Shown: one piece after another, positions 35,760 to 45,632 of the stretch
Position numbering within the stretch: position 1 is the first letter of the stretch
Layout of the letters: every line of letters starts with the position of its first letter
Source of the DNA: an uncultured Bacteroidales bacterium
GTDB taxonomy: Bacteria; Bacteroidota; Bacteroidia; Bacteroidales; VadinHA17
Assembly: GCA_963838215.1 (NCBI GenBank)
Contig: CAWIQG010000007.1
Coordinates: 8,308-72,307 of the forward strand
Reading direction: 5' to 3'
DNA length: 64,000 nucleotides
Notes under the pieces: model-generated
Seen by the model: the letters and a program-made list of their open reading frames with translations, nothing else
Told to the model about the DNA's origin: nothing
The model's database searches: none
Position numbers and translations under genes: made by a program

Positions 35760-38189
35760 ATGAAAGTCCTGAAATTTGGAGGCACTTCCGTAGGATCGCC
35801 TGAACGGATAAGGGGAGTAAAAAAAATAATTGAATCGGAATCCTCGCCTTGTGTAATTGTCATATCTGCATTTCAGGGAGTTACTGATGAACTGAAGCAA
35901 ATCAGCGAGCATGCCTCTACAAGAAATAATGATTATACGATACTTCTGGAGAAGATAATTCATAAACATATCGAATATGCAAAACAACTGATAATCAAGG
36001 ATAAGCAGCAGCCTGTCCTTGAAGCAATTGAAAATATCTTTAATGACCTCCGGGAAACTCTCAAGGGAATTTATCTTCTTCGTGAATTAAGCAAACATGC
36101 TCTTGATCAGGCGTTGAGCATCGGAGAGTTACTATCATCTCTTATAATAAGCAACATTATTAATAACAGCATCAGACTTGACTCGCGGGACTTTATAAAA
36201 ACTGACAGCAATTTTGGATATGCATCAGTTGATTTCACTCTGTCAGATAGTCTTATCAGAAAGAATATCACTGAAACTGTAAAAAATATCATACTTCCGG
36301 GTTTCATTGCCAGCAACTCAAAGGGAGAAACGACCACCCTGGGAAGAGGTGGTTCGGATTATACTGCTGCTATAGTTGCAGCTGCTCTTGATGCAGAGGT
36401 ACTTGAAATATGGACCGATGTCGATGGGTTCATGACAGCCGATCCCAGGAAAGTTGAGAAGGCTTATGCAATTGAGAGCCTTACCTATTCTGAAGCTATA
36501 GAGCTATCTCATTTTGGTGCAAAAGTAATTTATACTCCTACACTCAGACCAGTTTATAAGAAACACATCCCGATATTAGTTCTTAACACATTCAATCCCG
36601 GATCAAAAGGAACTATCATCAGTCATAAATCATCTGATGATAACAAAAGTCCTATTAAAGGAATTTCATCTATTGATCATATTGATCTGATCACATTGCA
36701 GGGTACCGGCATGGTAGGTGTTACAGGAACTTCCATGCGGCTGTTTGGAGCGCTGGCAAAACAGAATATCAATATCGTTATGATAACACAGGCATCGTCG
36801 GAATATTCAATAACCTTTGCTGTAACTCCTGCTGATTCAACACTGGCTGGAGAGGCTATACATGAGGAATTTAAAAATGAGATAAATCTTAATAAGGAAT
36901 TAAAAGTTCTGATTGAAAAGAATCTTTCTATAATCGCAATCGTGGGTGAAAGAATGAAAAACACTCCCGGAATATCAGCAACCCTCTTTAAATCTCTTGG
37001 CAGAAACGGAATAAACGTAATAGCCACTGCACAAGGTTCTTCTGAATTAAACATTTCGGTTGTTATAAAAAATGAAAATCTTAAAAAAGCGCTTAATGTA
37101 ATTCATGATGGATTTTTCCTTTCCCGGTATAAGGAAATGTACCTTTTTATTGCAGGTACCGGCCTGGTGGGATCCAGCCTGTTGAAACAGATCCAGCACC
37201 AGTCTTCCATTCTTCTCAAAGAACATAACCTTAAAGTAAACCTGATGGGTGTTACCAATTCAAGGAAAATGTTAATTGATAAAAAGGGCATTTCACTCGA
37301 GAATTACAGGGATATCCTTAAAACATGCGGAGAAAAGGGAGAAATGTCAGGTTTCATTCAACAGATGACCAGACTTAATCTAAGGAATGCTGTATTCATT
37401 GATTGCACGGCTGATTACAATGTGGCATCACGATACAGGGAGATACTTTCAAAGTATGTTTCCATTGTAACTGCAAATAAAATTGCCTGTTCCTCGGAAT
37501 ATAGTTATTATCAACAGCTTAAATCAATTGCAAATGAACGTGGAGTGAGGTTTATGTACGAGACCACTGTTGGTGCCGGATTACCGATTATTAAAACTAT
37601 CAGCGATCTTATTGTAAGCGGCGACAAAATACTTAAGATTGAGGCTGTACTTTCAGGAACCATGAATTTCATTTTTAATGAACTTGGTCCGGAAACGCCT
37701 TTAAGCAGTGTAATCAGGAAAGCAAGGGAAAAAGGTTATTCAGAACCTGATCCACGAGTGGATCTAAGTGGAACAGATGTTGTAAGAAAAATTCTTATCC
37801 TGGCTCGCGAAGCAGGTTATCCGATTGAAAAAGAAGATGTTATTGTTAGCAAATTTCTTCCTGATGAATGTTTTAAAGGTGATCTGAACGATTTTTTCGA
37901 AAAAGTCAAAGAATACGATACTGAATTTGAACAAAAAAGGAAGGAACTTGTAAAACAGAACAGGAAGTGGAGATTTTTTGCTACTCTCGATCAGGGGAAG
38001 GCGAAGGTTGAACTTCTGACCATTGGCATTGATCATCCTTCTTTTAACCTTGAAGGAAGCAACAATATCATACTGTTAACAACCAACAGGTATCATGAAC
38101 TTCCGCTTGTGATAAAAGGATATGGTGCAGGAGCTGAAGTCACTGCTGCTGGTGTTTTTGCAGATCTGATGAGGGTCGTCAATGTGTGA
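35760..38189 (+). CDS. thrA: Bifunctional aspartokinase/homoserine dehydrogenase
   Basis: MKVLKFGGTSV, TTLGRGGSDYTA, WTDVDG.MTADPR, ACT domains, GTGLVG, YETTVGAGLP, GYGAGAEVTAAGVFAD. Confidence 0.97.
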   Translation: MKVLKFGGTSVGSPERIRGVKKIIESESSPCVIVISAFQGVTDELKQISEHASTRNNDYTILLEKIIHKHIEYAKQLIIKDKQQPVLEAIENIFNDLRETLKGIYLLRELSKHALDQALSIGELLSSLIISNIINNSIRLDSRDFIKTDSNFGYASVDFTLSDSLIRKNITETVKNIILPGFIASNSKGETTTLGRGGSDYTAAIVAAALDAEVLEIWTDVDGFMTADPRKVEKAYAIESLTYSEAIELSHFGAKVIYTPTLRPVYKKHIPILVLNTFNPGSKGTIISHKSSDDNKSPIKGISSIDHIDLITLQGTGMVGVTGTSMRLFGALAKQNINIVMITQASSEYSITFAVTPADSTLAGEAIHEEFKNEINLNKELKVLIEKNLSIIAIVGERMKNTPGISATLFKSLGRNGINVIATAQGSSELNISVVIKNENLKKALNVIHDGFFLSRYKEMYLFIAGTGLVGSSLLKQIQHQSSILLKEHNLKVNLMGVTNSRKMLIDKKGISLENYRDILKTCGEKGEMSGFIQQMTRLNLRNAVFIDCTADYNVASRYREILSKYVSIVTANKIACSSEYSYYQQLKSIANERGVRFMYETTVGAGLPIIKTISDLIVSGDKILKIEAVLSGTMNFIFNELGPETPLSSVIRKAREKGYSEPDPRVDLSGTDVVRKILILAREAGYPIEKEDVIVSKFLPDECFKGDLNDFFEKVKEYDTEFEQKRKELVKQNRKWRFFATLDQGKAKVELLTIGIDHPSFNLEGSNNIILLTTNRYHELPLVIKGYGAGAEVTAAGVFADLMRVVNV

Positions 38190-38251
38190 ATAAATTAACA
38201 GCTGCATAAAGAACATTTGAGTGAAGAACATTAGAGCAAACGAATTTAAAA

Positions 38252-39622
38252 TTGAAAAGTAAACCTTTAAAATATTATTCGACAAACCGAATGTCACCTG
38301 AAATAACCTTCAGAGAGGCTCTTCTAAAAGGATTAGCACCTGATGGCGGACTCTATTTACCTGATTATTTTCCATCAATATCACTGAAAGAGCTTGAAAG
38401 TTTTTCCTGTAAAGAGTATCATGAAATAGCTTTTATAGTTCTTAATAATCTCATCGGTGAAGAGATTAATAAAAACGATCTTCAAAATATATGTCGCGAA
38501 GCATATAACTTTGAAGTGCCTCTTGAAAAAGTATGTAATCGTAAATATATCATGAGGCTTGATCAGGGACCAACTGCATCGTTCAAGGATTTTGCAGCAC
38601 GTATGATGAGCAGGCTAATGCAACATTTCCTGGCTCTTAATAATCAACACCTTACAGTATTGACTGCCACTTCGGGCGATACCGGAAGCGCAGTTGCAAG
38701 TGCTTTTTACGGGCTCAAAAACATTGACGTAATTATATTATTTCCTAAAAATGAAGTGACCTTTATGCAAAGGAAACAGATGACGACACTGAATGACAAT
38801 ATAAGGGTCATTGCCATTGATGGAAAGTTCGACGATTGTCAGAGGCTGGTCAAAAAGGTCTTTCTGGATCCATCATTGTCAGGGATTTCCCTTTCATCTG
38901 CTAATTCTATTAATATCGGGAGGTTACTGCCCCAATCATTGTACTATTTTTATGCATGGTCGAAACTCTCATGTGATGTCGGTGAAAAGGCGATCTTCAG
39001 TGTTCCTTCAGGTAATTTCGGAAATCTGATGGGTGGACTTACTGCGTTAAAAATGGGTCTTCCTGTAAAGCAATTTATTATTTCGACAAACGAAAATAAT
39101 GAGGTCCCCGAATTTTTAAGAACAGGGATTTATAAATCAATCAGTCCATCAAAAAATTGTATTTCAAATGCGATGAATGTTGGTCATCCCAGCAACCTGG
39201 CAAGAATAGTTGCACTTTATGGTGGAATGATGGATGAAACCGGAAATATTACTAAAGCACCTGACCTTAAGAAAATGCATGAAGATCTTTTTGCAGTTGA
39301 GGTAACCGATGTAGAAACAAGGGGAGTAATTGCTGAAGTCTATAAACGTTATAATATTCTGCTTGAACCCCATGGAGCCATTGCCTGGAAAGGAATAACT
39401 GAATATTTAAGATTTAGTAAGTATTGTAATTCAGAAAAGCAACTTTTTATATCTGTTGAAACGGCTCATCCGGCAAAATTCCAGGAAGAACTTAAGCAAA
39501 TTATCAATGTCAGCCCTGCCCTGCCTGTTTCTCTTGCCGGCATTTCGGCAAAGAATGAATACTTTGTCCAAATGGAAAATAAGTATGAACCGTTAAAAGA
39601 ATTTATATTTAAGAACTACTAA
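38252..39622 (+). CDS. thrC: Threonine synthase
   Basis: GLAPDGGLY, GPTASFKDF, ATSGDTG, SANSINIGR, VPSGNFGN, ETAHPAKF. Confidence 0.96.
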   Translation: MKSKPLKYYSTNRMSPEITFREALLKGLAPDGGLYLPDYFPSISLKELESFSCKEYHEIAFIVLNNLIGEEINKNDLQNICREAYNFEVPLEKVCNRKYIMRLDQGPTASFKDFAARMMSRLMQHFLALNNQHLTVLTATSGDTGSAVASAFYGLKNIDVIILFPKNEVTFMQRKQMTTLNDNIRVIAIDGKFDDCQRLVKKVFLDPSLSGISLSSANSINIGRLLPQSLYYFYAWSKLSCDVGEKAIFSVPSGNFGNLMGGLTALKMGLPVKQFIISTNENNEVPEFLRTGIYKSISPSKNCISNAMNVGHPSNLARIVALYGGMMDETGNITKAPDLKKMHEDLFAVEVTDVETRGVIAEVYKRYNILLEPHGAIAWKGITEYLRFSKYCNSEKQLFISVETAHPAKFQEELKQIINVSPALPVSLAGISAKNEYFVQMENKYEPLKEFIFKNY

Positions 39623-39636
39623 TTAAAATTATTTTT

Positions 39637-40248
39637 ATGTATATAATATGTTCTGATCTTGAAGGGGTTTTTGTACCGGAAATATGGGTAAATGTTGCTA
39701 AGCAGACAGGAATCGATGAACTTAAACTTACAACCCGTGATATTAGTGACTATAATGTCCTGATGAAGCGGAGATTAGAATTATTGAAGCAATATAATCT
39801 CACATTACCTGATATTCAGAAGGTGATCTCACATCTCGAACCACTACCGGGAGCATTGGAATTTGTTGACTGGCTCCGTGCACGTATGCAGCTTATTGTT
39901 GTTTCCGACACATTTATTGAATTTGCCGATCCCCTGCTTAAACAATTGAGATATCCAACACTTCTGTGCCATCATCTGAGTGTTGACTCGAGCGGTAACA
40001 TTATAAACTATAATCTCAGACAGAAAGATGCAAAAAAAATGGTGGTTGAAGCATTACAAAACCTTAAATATAAGGTAATTGCTATAGGTGATTCTTATAA
40101 CGATATAGCGATGCTTCGGAAAGCGGACTTTGGAATATTATATAACCCTCCTATAAATGTGGCTGATGAACACAACGATTTGAGAATTGTAAAATCATAT
40201 AATGAAATTAAGGAGATCATTTTGCAACTTATTGCCAGGCAAGATTAG
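39637..40248 (+). CDS. thrH: Phosphoserine phosphatase/homoserine phosphotransferase (HAD)
   Basis: DLEGVFVPEIW..VA..TGI.EL.LTTRD..DY..LM, SDTF.EFA, GDSYND..ML. Confidence 0.92.
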   Translation: MYIICSDLEGVFVPEIWVNVAKQTGIDELKLTTRDISDYNVLMKRRLELLKQYNLTLPDIQKVISHLEPLPGALEFVDWLRARMQLIVVSDTFIEFADPLLKQLRYPTLLCHHLSVDSSGNIINYNLRQKDAKKMVVEALQNLKYKVIAIGDSYNDIAMLRKADFGILYNPPINVADEHNDLRIVKSYNEIKEIILQLIARQD

Positions 40249-40271
40249 CCGTATCAATTTCTTAAGAATTA

Positions 40272-40293
40272 TACTGTTAATTAATTAACAGTA
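40272..40293. promoter_or_regulatory. Perfect 22-bp palindrome upstream of the cytochrome operon
   Basis: TACTGTTAATTAATTAACAGTA is its own reverse complement; core TGTTAA-N4-TTAACA. Confidence 0.5.
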
Positions 40294-40385
40294 AGTCCGG
40301 ATAATTAAATATTTTCAGATTGGGTCAGGAGTGATACAATATTTTCCTATTTTTAACTTCTATTCATACCCAAAACCTGACTATC

Positions 40386-41885
40386 ATGAAACTGCCACCA
40401 TCCTCCAAAAACTGGCTGACAATCATAGGTTCCATTATTGCAGGTATCAATCTGTTGTTAATCATAGTGTTATTTATAATTTCCTCGATTTTTGACAAAG
40501 GAAGCACTAACATTGGTTTGTTCATATATATTATTCTGCCAGGATTCCTGATTTTAGGATTGTTATTGATTCCTGTCGGAATGATCCATGAAAGAAGAAG
40601 AATCCGCAGGAGTTTGGTTCATGAAGCATCCAGACTTCCCGGTATTGATCTTAATAATCCAAGTCACAGAAATGCTTTCATCATTTTTTCAGTCACCACA
40701 ATTATTATACTTTTCCTCTCCACGCTGGGAAGTTTTGAAGCTTATCATATAACAGAATCAAAAGAGTTTTGCGGTACATTATGCCACCGGGTAATGGAAC
40801 CTGAGTATACTGCCTACCAGAATTCTCCTCATGCCAATGTTTTATGTGTAGAATGTCATGTAGGATCAGGAGCATCATGGTACGTGAAATCAAAATTATC
40901 GGGGTTGCATCAGGTTTATGCAGTTCTTACAAATACCTATCCCAGGCCAATTGAGACGCCACTTCACGACCTGCGTCCGGCAAGAGAAACCTGTGAAAAA
41001 TGTCATTGGCCGCAAAAATTTTATGCGCGTACTTTATGGACAAATAAATATTTTCTTGCCGATTCAATGAATACTGAATGGGATATAATGCTTCAGATGA
41101 AGACCGGTCCGGAATACAGTGGTCTGGGCCTGAAAGAAGGAATTCACTGGCACATTAACCCTGCCGTTAACATTGAGTACATTTCAGAAAATGATAAACG
41201 GGAAAATATCACTTATGTAAAATATACCAATAGATCTACAGGGGAGGTCACTGTTTACAGAAATAAAGATAATTCTATCTCAGACAGCCTCATTTCTGCT
41301 TCAAAAACAAGGACAATGGATTGCATTGATTGTCACAACAGGCCCTCCCATAATTACAACTCACCATCTGTGTACTTCAATAAAGCTTTGCTCACCGGAG
41401 CAGTTTCAAAGGATATCCCTTTCGTTAAAAAGGTCTCAATGGGAGTATTAAAAAACACTTTCCGCGACAAGGATACAGCTTTATTAACAATTAAAGACAG
41501 TTTAAACAGTTATTACAGATCGGGTTATAATGATTTCTATTCTAGTAATAAAGATCTGATAAACAGTTCCATTGCAAATATTCAGAAAGCATTCAGCCAG
41601 AATACTTTCCCAAATATGAAAGTGACTTATGATATATATCCTGAACATATCGGACATCTTGAATCTGATGGCTGCTTCAGGTGTCACAACGATGCTTTTA
41701 AATCGGATAATGGACGAAAAATAACAAAGGATTGTAATCTATGTCATTCAATTGTTGGACAAGGGAAACAAGGATCGCTGGAGTACACCAATATCAAAGA
41801 GTCACTGGAATTCAGGCATCCGGTAGATATCGGCATGGCCTGGAAAGAAGCCAATTGTTCGGAATGCCACAAATTCCTGTATTAA
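40386..41885 (+). CDS. Membrane-anchored multiheme cytochrome c (NapC/NirT-like N-domain, 7 heme motifs)
   Basis: 3 N-terminal TM helices; CGTLCH (CX3CH), CVECH, CEKCH, CIDCH, CFRCH, CNLCH, CSECH; H.VM.PEY.AY..SPHA NapC-like signature. Confidence 0.9.
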   Translation: MKLPPSSKNWLTIIGSIIAGINLLLIIVLFIISSIFDKGSTNIGLFIYIILPGFLILGLLLIPVGMIHERRRIRRSLVHEASRLPGIDLNNPSHRNAFIIFSVTTIIILFLSTLGSFEAYHITESKEFCGTLCHRVMEPEYTAYQNSPHANVLCVECHVGSGASWYVKSKLSGLHQVYAVLTNTYPRPIETPLHDLRPARETCEKCHWPQKFYARTLWTNKYFLADSMNTEWDIMLQMKTGPEYSGLGLKEGIHWHINPAVNIEYISENDKRENITYVKYTNRSTGEVTVYRNKDNSISDSLISASKTRTMDCIDCHNRPSHNYNSPSVYFNKALLTGAVSKDIPFVKKVSMGVLKNTFRDKDTALLTIKDSLNSYYRSGYNDFYSSNKDLINSSIANIQKAFSQNTFPNMKVTYDIYPEHIGHLESDGCFRCHNDAFKSDNGRKITKDCNLCHSIVGQGKQGSLEYTNIKESLEFRHPVDIGMAWKEANCSECHKFLY

Positions 41886-41963
41886 AGATAAAAGACAAAA
41901 GGGAAAATTTAACTGAAAGACTGTAAGACCGCAAGACAAAAGTAAAAGCAAAATTAATCCAAT

Positions 41964-43505
41964 ATGATATCAGATACATTCAAAAACAGGTATGTCCCTT
42001 ATTTTCTGGCACTGCTAAGAATCGTTATTGGCTGGCATTTTTTGTATGAAGGAATAGTGAAAATAATGAATCCAGCCTGGACCGCCAGACCATTCCTGGA
42101 AGGTTCGCGCTGGATATTCGGAGATTTGTTCCGATGGATGATTTCGGGTAATACAGGTATGTGGATCATCGATACTGTTAATGCATACGGACTTACATTG
42201 ATCGGACTTGCATTGATTTTGGGAATTTTTACCAGACTAGCCTTATGGAGCGGTGCAACTCTTTTATTTATGTACTATCTGGCTTATCCTCCTTTCGGTG
42301 GTTTCAGTTATGGCGCACCGTCCGAAGGCAGCTATCTGATTGTTAATAAGAACCTTATTGAGCTCTTTGCAATGATATTGCTTGCTTTGACCGGATCAGG
42401 TAAGTTTTTTGGATTGGATATGTTACTGAAAAACAAAAAAAGTACTCTTCCTGAGAAATCAGACCCTCAGGAAGAATCTGATTCTCATAAAAGTAATTCC
42501 CGGAGGGAATTAATAAAAGGACTTGCAGGAATACCATTCCTTGCCATATTTGCCGGAGCATTTATAAAGAATTTAACTGAAGCCGGGCCTGATGCTGTTT
42601 CAGGCGCCACAATTAAAGTTGATTTTAAACAAATAAATGATCTCAAAGGCAAATTACCTGTAGGGAAACTCGGAAACCTCACAATAAGCAGGATGATAAT
42701 GGGTTGCAATCTCATCGGAGGATGGTCACATGCACGCGACCTGATTTATACAGATAAACTTTTCAAAGCTTATAATAATGAAAGAAAAATAATTGAAACC
42801 CTCTATCTTGCGGAGCAGGCAGGAATAAATACAACCTTTATGGTGACTCAGCACTATCCTACTTTTAATAAATATAAAAACATTTATAACAGTAATATGC
42901 AGTCGATCTGTCAGGCTATGTTGCCTGAAAAAGATTTTTTCTCAAATATTAACCTTGCCATAAAAAGCAGACCCACTGCAATTTATATTCAGGGAGCAGA
43001 GGGTGACAGATATGCTAGCACTGGTAGACTGGATATGATTTATAAAGCAATTGAGTACATAAAAAAACAAGGCTTCCCTGCCGGTGTCGGAGGACATTCT
43101 TTAGAGACAATAAAGGCATGCGAAAGAGAAGGTATCCCTGCAGATTTCTATGTAAAAACCTTCCATCACGATAAATACTGGTCTGCACACCCGATTGAGA
43201 ATCGCGAAGAATACAGTGTAATTGGTCCCGGTTCTCCTGATCATAATAAATTTCATGAGAACATGTGGGATCTTTTTCCCTTACGTACTATTGAGTATAT
43301 GAAAGAGGTGAAAAAACCATGGTTTGCTTTTAAGGTACTGGCTGCCGGAGCCATTGAGCCCAAGGTCGGATTCCGGTATGCATTCGAAAACGGATCCGAT
43401 TTTATTTGCGTAGGGATGTTCGATTTTCAGGTCATTGATAATGTAAATACTGCCACTGAGATCCTTGGAGATATTAAAAATCGTGAAAGAGAATGGTTCT
43501 CCTGA
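41964..43505 (+). CDS. DoxX/DoxD membrane domain fused to an aldo-keto-reductase-like barrel
   Basis: LRIVIGWHFLYEGIVK...IGLALILG.FTR...VNKNLIE...G..FGLD (DoxX), then SRRELIKGL, then LGNLTISRMIMGCN...AFKVLAAGAI.P...FRYAFENG.DFICVGMFDFQ. Confidence 0.8.
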   Translation: MISDTFKNRYVPYFLALLRIVIGWHFLYEGIVKIMNPAWTARPFLEGSRWIFGDLFRWMISGNTGMWIIDTVNAYGLTLIGLALILGIFTRLALWSGATLLFMYYLAYPPFGGFSYGAPSEGSYLIVNKNLIELFAMILLALTGSGKFFGLDMLLKNKKSTLPEKSDPQEESDSHKSNSRRELIKGLAGIPFLAIFAGAFIKNLTEAGPDAVSGATIKVDFKQINDLKGKLPVGKLGNLTISRMIMGCNLIGGWSHARDLIYTDKLFKAYNNERKIIETLYLAEQAGINTTFMVTQHYPTFNKYKNIYNSNMQSICQAMLPEKDFFSNINLAIKSRPTAIYIQGAEGDRYASTGRLDMIYKAIEYIKKQGFPAGVGGHSLETIKACEREGIPADFYVKTFHHDKYWSAHPIENREEYSVIGPGSPDHNKFHENMWDLFPLRTIEYMKEVKKPWFAFKVLAAGAIEPKVGFRYAFENGSDFICVGMFDFQVIDNVNTATEILGDIKNREREWFS

Positions 43506-43508
43506 ACA

Positions 43509-44354
43509 CTATTTAAGAATTTCCGTAGTGTACCGATCGGCAATTTCAGTCTGATCTTTTGACAAACCGGAAATAATAATAACCAGATTTTCCTTCCAGG
43601 CCAGGAAAATTGTGCCATTATATCCGTCTTTTAACATAAACTTACCACTCCCCGATTCCACAATATCAATTCCTGTTGCAGTAAGATAGGCTTCTGCGGA
43701 CTTCTTTGCCTCTTCAGGAGAATTGGTTTCCATGATAAAGATTGTAAAGTTATCGCTTCCAAGTTCGTAAGTTGCCTTATAAGCTTTATTCAAAAACTTG
43801 TGTCCCAGGACGCTTTCATTTATATATGATTCCTCGTTTTGTTTTTTACCAGTTTCAGGGAACTTAGAAAGCACAGCAGGCATTTTTGAATCTCCTTCAA
43901 GCATGCTGGAAACATTAAGAGCCAATGATTCAGCTGATTTCAATGTCTTTTCGCTTTTTGAATATATCCTGATCTTGACATAGTATTTTCCTTTAAAGAA
44001 ATTTATTGCCCCGTCAGCAATATATCCCTGGGCACCAAGATTCATGAATTTGAACGAAGGAGAACGCTCAGTTGAATATATACCGAAAGCCATTGTATTA
44101 TCACTAAGACGATAAATTTCAAGCTTAATAACATTCTTTCCTTTCTTATATTCTGCAACATGCAGGTCAGCAAAACCGTAAGAAAGATAAGTGTCGGCAG
44201 CACCGTCAATAAAATCCCATAAATTTTCAGGTCCATAAACCGGATAGTTTGTGGTCAGCTTGTAGCCTTCAAGTTCCGGAAAGGCAAACTCCTGGGCAGA
44301 AACTGATCCAAAAATTCCAATCAGAAGAGAAACGGTTAAAAATTTATTTTTCAT
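43509..44354 (-). CDS. Exported DUF6599-like protein
   Basis: Signal peptide; NLWDFIDGAADTYLSYGF, EIY......AFGIYS, F.KG.YYVKI. Confidence 0.7.
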   Translation of the reverse strand: MKNKFLTVSLLIGIFGSVSAQEFAFPELEGYKLTTNYPVYGPENLWDFIDGAADTYLSYGFADLHVAEYKKGKNVIKLEIYRLSDNTMAFGIYSTERSPSFKFMNLGAQGYIADGAINFFKGKYYVKIRIYSKSEKTLKSAESLALNVSSMLEGDSKMPAVLSKFPETGKKQNEESYINESVLGHKFLNKAYKATYELGSDNFTIFIMETNSPEEAKKSAEAYLTATGIDIVESGSGKFMLKDGYNGTIFLAWKENLVIIISGLSKDQTEIADRYTTEILK

Positions 44355-44410
44355 TGTTAAATAACTGATTTGAATTACATTAGAAAAAATTGCAATCTAC
44401 CATAAATTTA

Positions 44411-45622
44411 TTAAGTCAGAAAATCTGCAGGAACATTCACAAGCCTTGATATATCTTTAATTTTCTCTTTTATGTTGAAATTTTTAGTGCAATTTATGTT
44501 GCATGAATTACACCCTTTACATGGATTATCATCTGTACTCAGCTCACTGATCAGAGAATAAGCCATTGACATATTTGAATATCCATAGGCATACATGTAT
44601 GCCCGCATCAGATCAGGAACAGGAAGATGCTTCAGACATGCTGTAGTACATTTACTGCATCCGGTACAATAAAGACCGGTTTCAGCACTTGCGATTATCA
44701 TATCTTTCTTTTCCCCTTCAGTTAGTGAAATGTCAGCCAGTATTTTAACGTTAATATCAAGCTGATCGAAGTCAGTCATACCGGGAATTGTAGTAGTAAT
44801 ATCAGGATTTGATAAGGCCCATTTTAACGCAGCTGTTGAATTAATCGGTTTGTTTTTTTCTTTGTCGAGAAATCCCCCTCCGGCCATAGTTTTCATAGCA
44901 ACAATACCTATTCCGGCCTGACCGGCTTTTTTAATTGCACTGTTTAATTCATTTATATAGCTCTGTTTAAAATTATAAGCTGTCAGAATCACATCCAAGT
45001 TATCAGTTGCAGCTGCAGCATTAATAACCTCCGGCTCATTCATGTGGGTTGAAAATCCAATTGCTCTTGTCTTGCCATCTTTTTTAAGTTTTCTGAGAGC
45101 ATTAATAATAGGCTTATATTCAAGTAACTCCGGACTGCGTACATCATGAATATACAGAATATCAACATAATCCATCTTTAGTCTTGATAGACTGGTATTA
45201 AATTTTGCCATGAAATCTTCAGCTGTGGTCTGGTCTGAAGGTTTTCCTTCCTTGTCAACACCAGCCGGCTTAACTTTTGTAGCAAGGAAAAATGAATTTC
45301 TGGGATAGTCTTTTAAAAGATTTCCGAGCATATTTTCATTATTTCCATTCTGGTAACCATTAGCAGTATCAAAAAGTTTTATTCCTTTTTCATAAGCAGC
45401 TTTACAGAGGTTTGGATTGTCGGCTCTCATCACGCCAAAGCTTATAACAGGGATCTTCATTCCTGTCTTCCCAAGAGTTCTGTATATAATATTTTTCTCC
45501 TGCCCGGATGATGCATGTGATTTGGAAGATGCTCCATTAACTATTGAAGGGGATAAAACCATCATTCCGGCGGCACCTGATATTCCTGTCTTAAGAAATC
45601 CTCTCCTGTTTATGCTTTTCAT
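44411..45622 (-). CDS. Tat-exported aldo/keto reductase with a C-terminal 2x[4Fe-4S] domain
   Basis: NRRGFLK Tat motif; YRTLGKTG, FDTANGY, ATK, IH, AMKTMAGG; CTGCSKCTTAC and CKGCNSCNINC. Confidence 0.9.
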   Translation of the reverse strand: MKSINRRGFLKTGISGAAGMMVLSPSIVNGASSKSHASSGQEKNIIYRTLGKTGMKIPVISFGVMRADNPNLCKAAYEKGIKLFDTANGYQNGNNENMLGNLLKDYPRNSFFLATKVKPAGVDKEGKPSDQTTAEDFMAKFNTSLSRLKMDYVDILYIHDVRSPELLEYKPIINALRKLKKDGKTRAIGFSTHMNEPEVINAAAATDNLDVILTAYNFKQSYINELNSAIKKAGQAGIGIVAMKTMAGGGFLDKEKNKPINSTAALKWALSNPDITTTIPGMTDFDQLDINVKILADISLTEGEKKDMIIASAETGLYCTGCSKCTTACLKHLPVPDLMRAYMYAYGYSNMSMAYSLISELSTDDNPCKGCNSCNINCTKNFNIKEKIKDISRLVNVPADFLT

Positions 45623-45632
45623 GGTATAAAGT

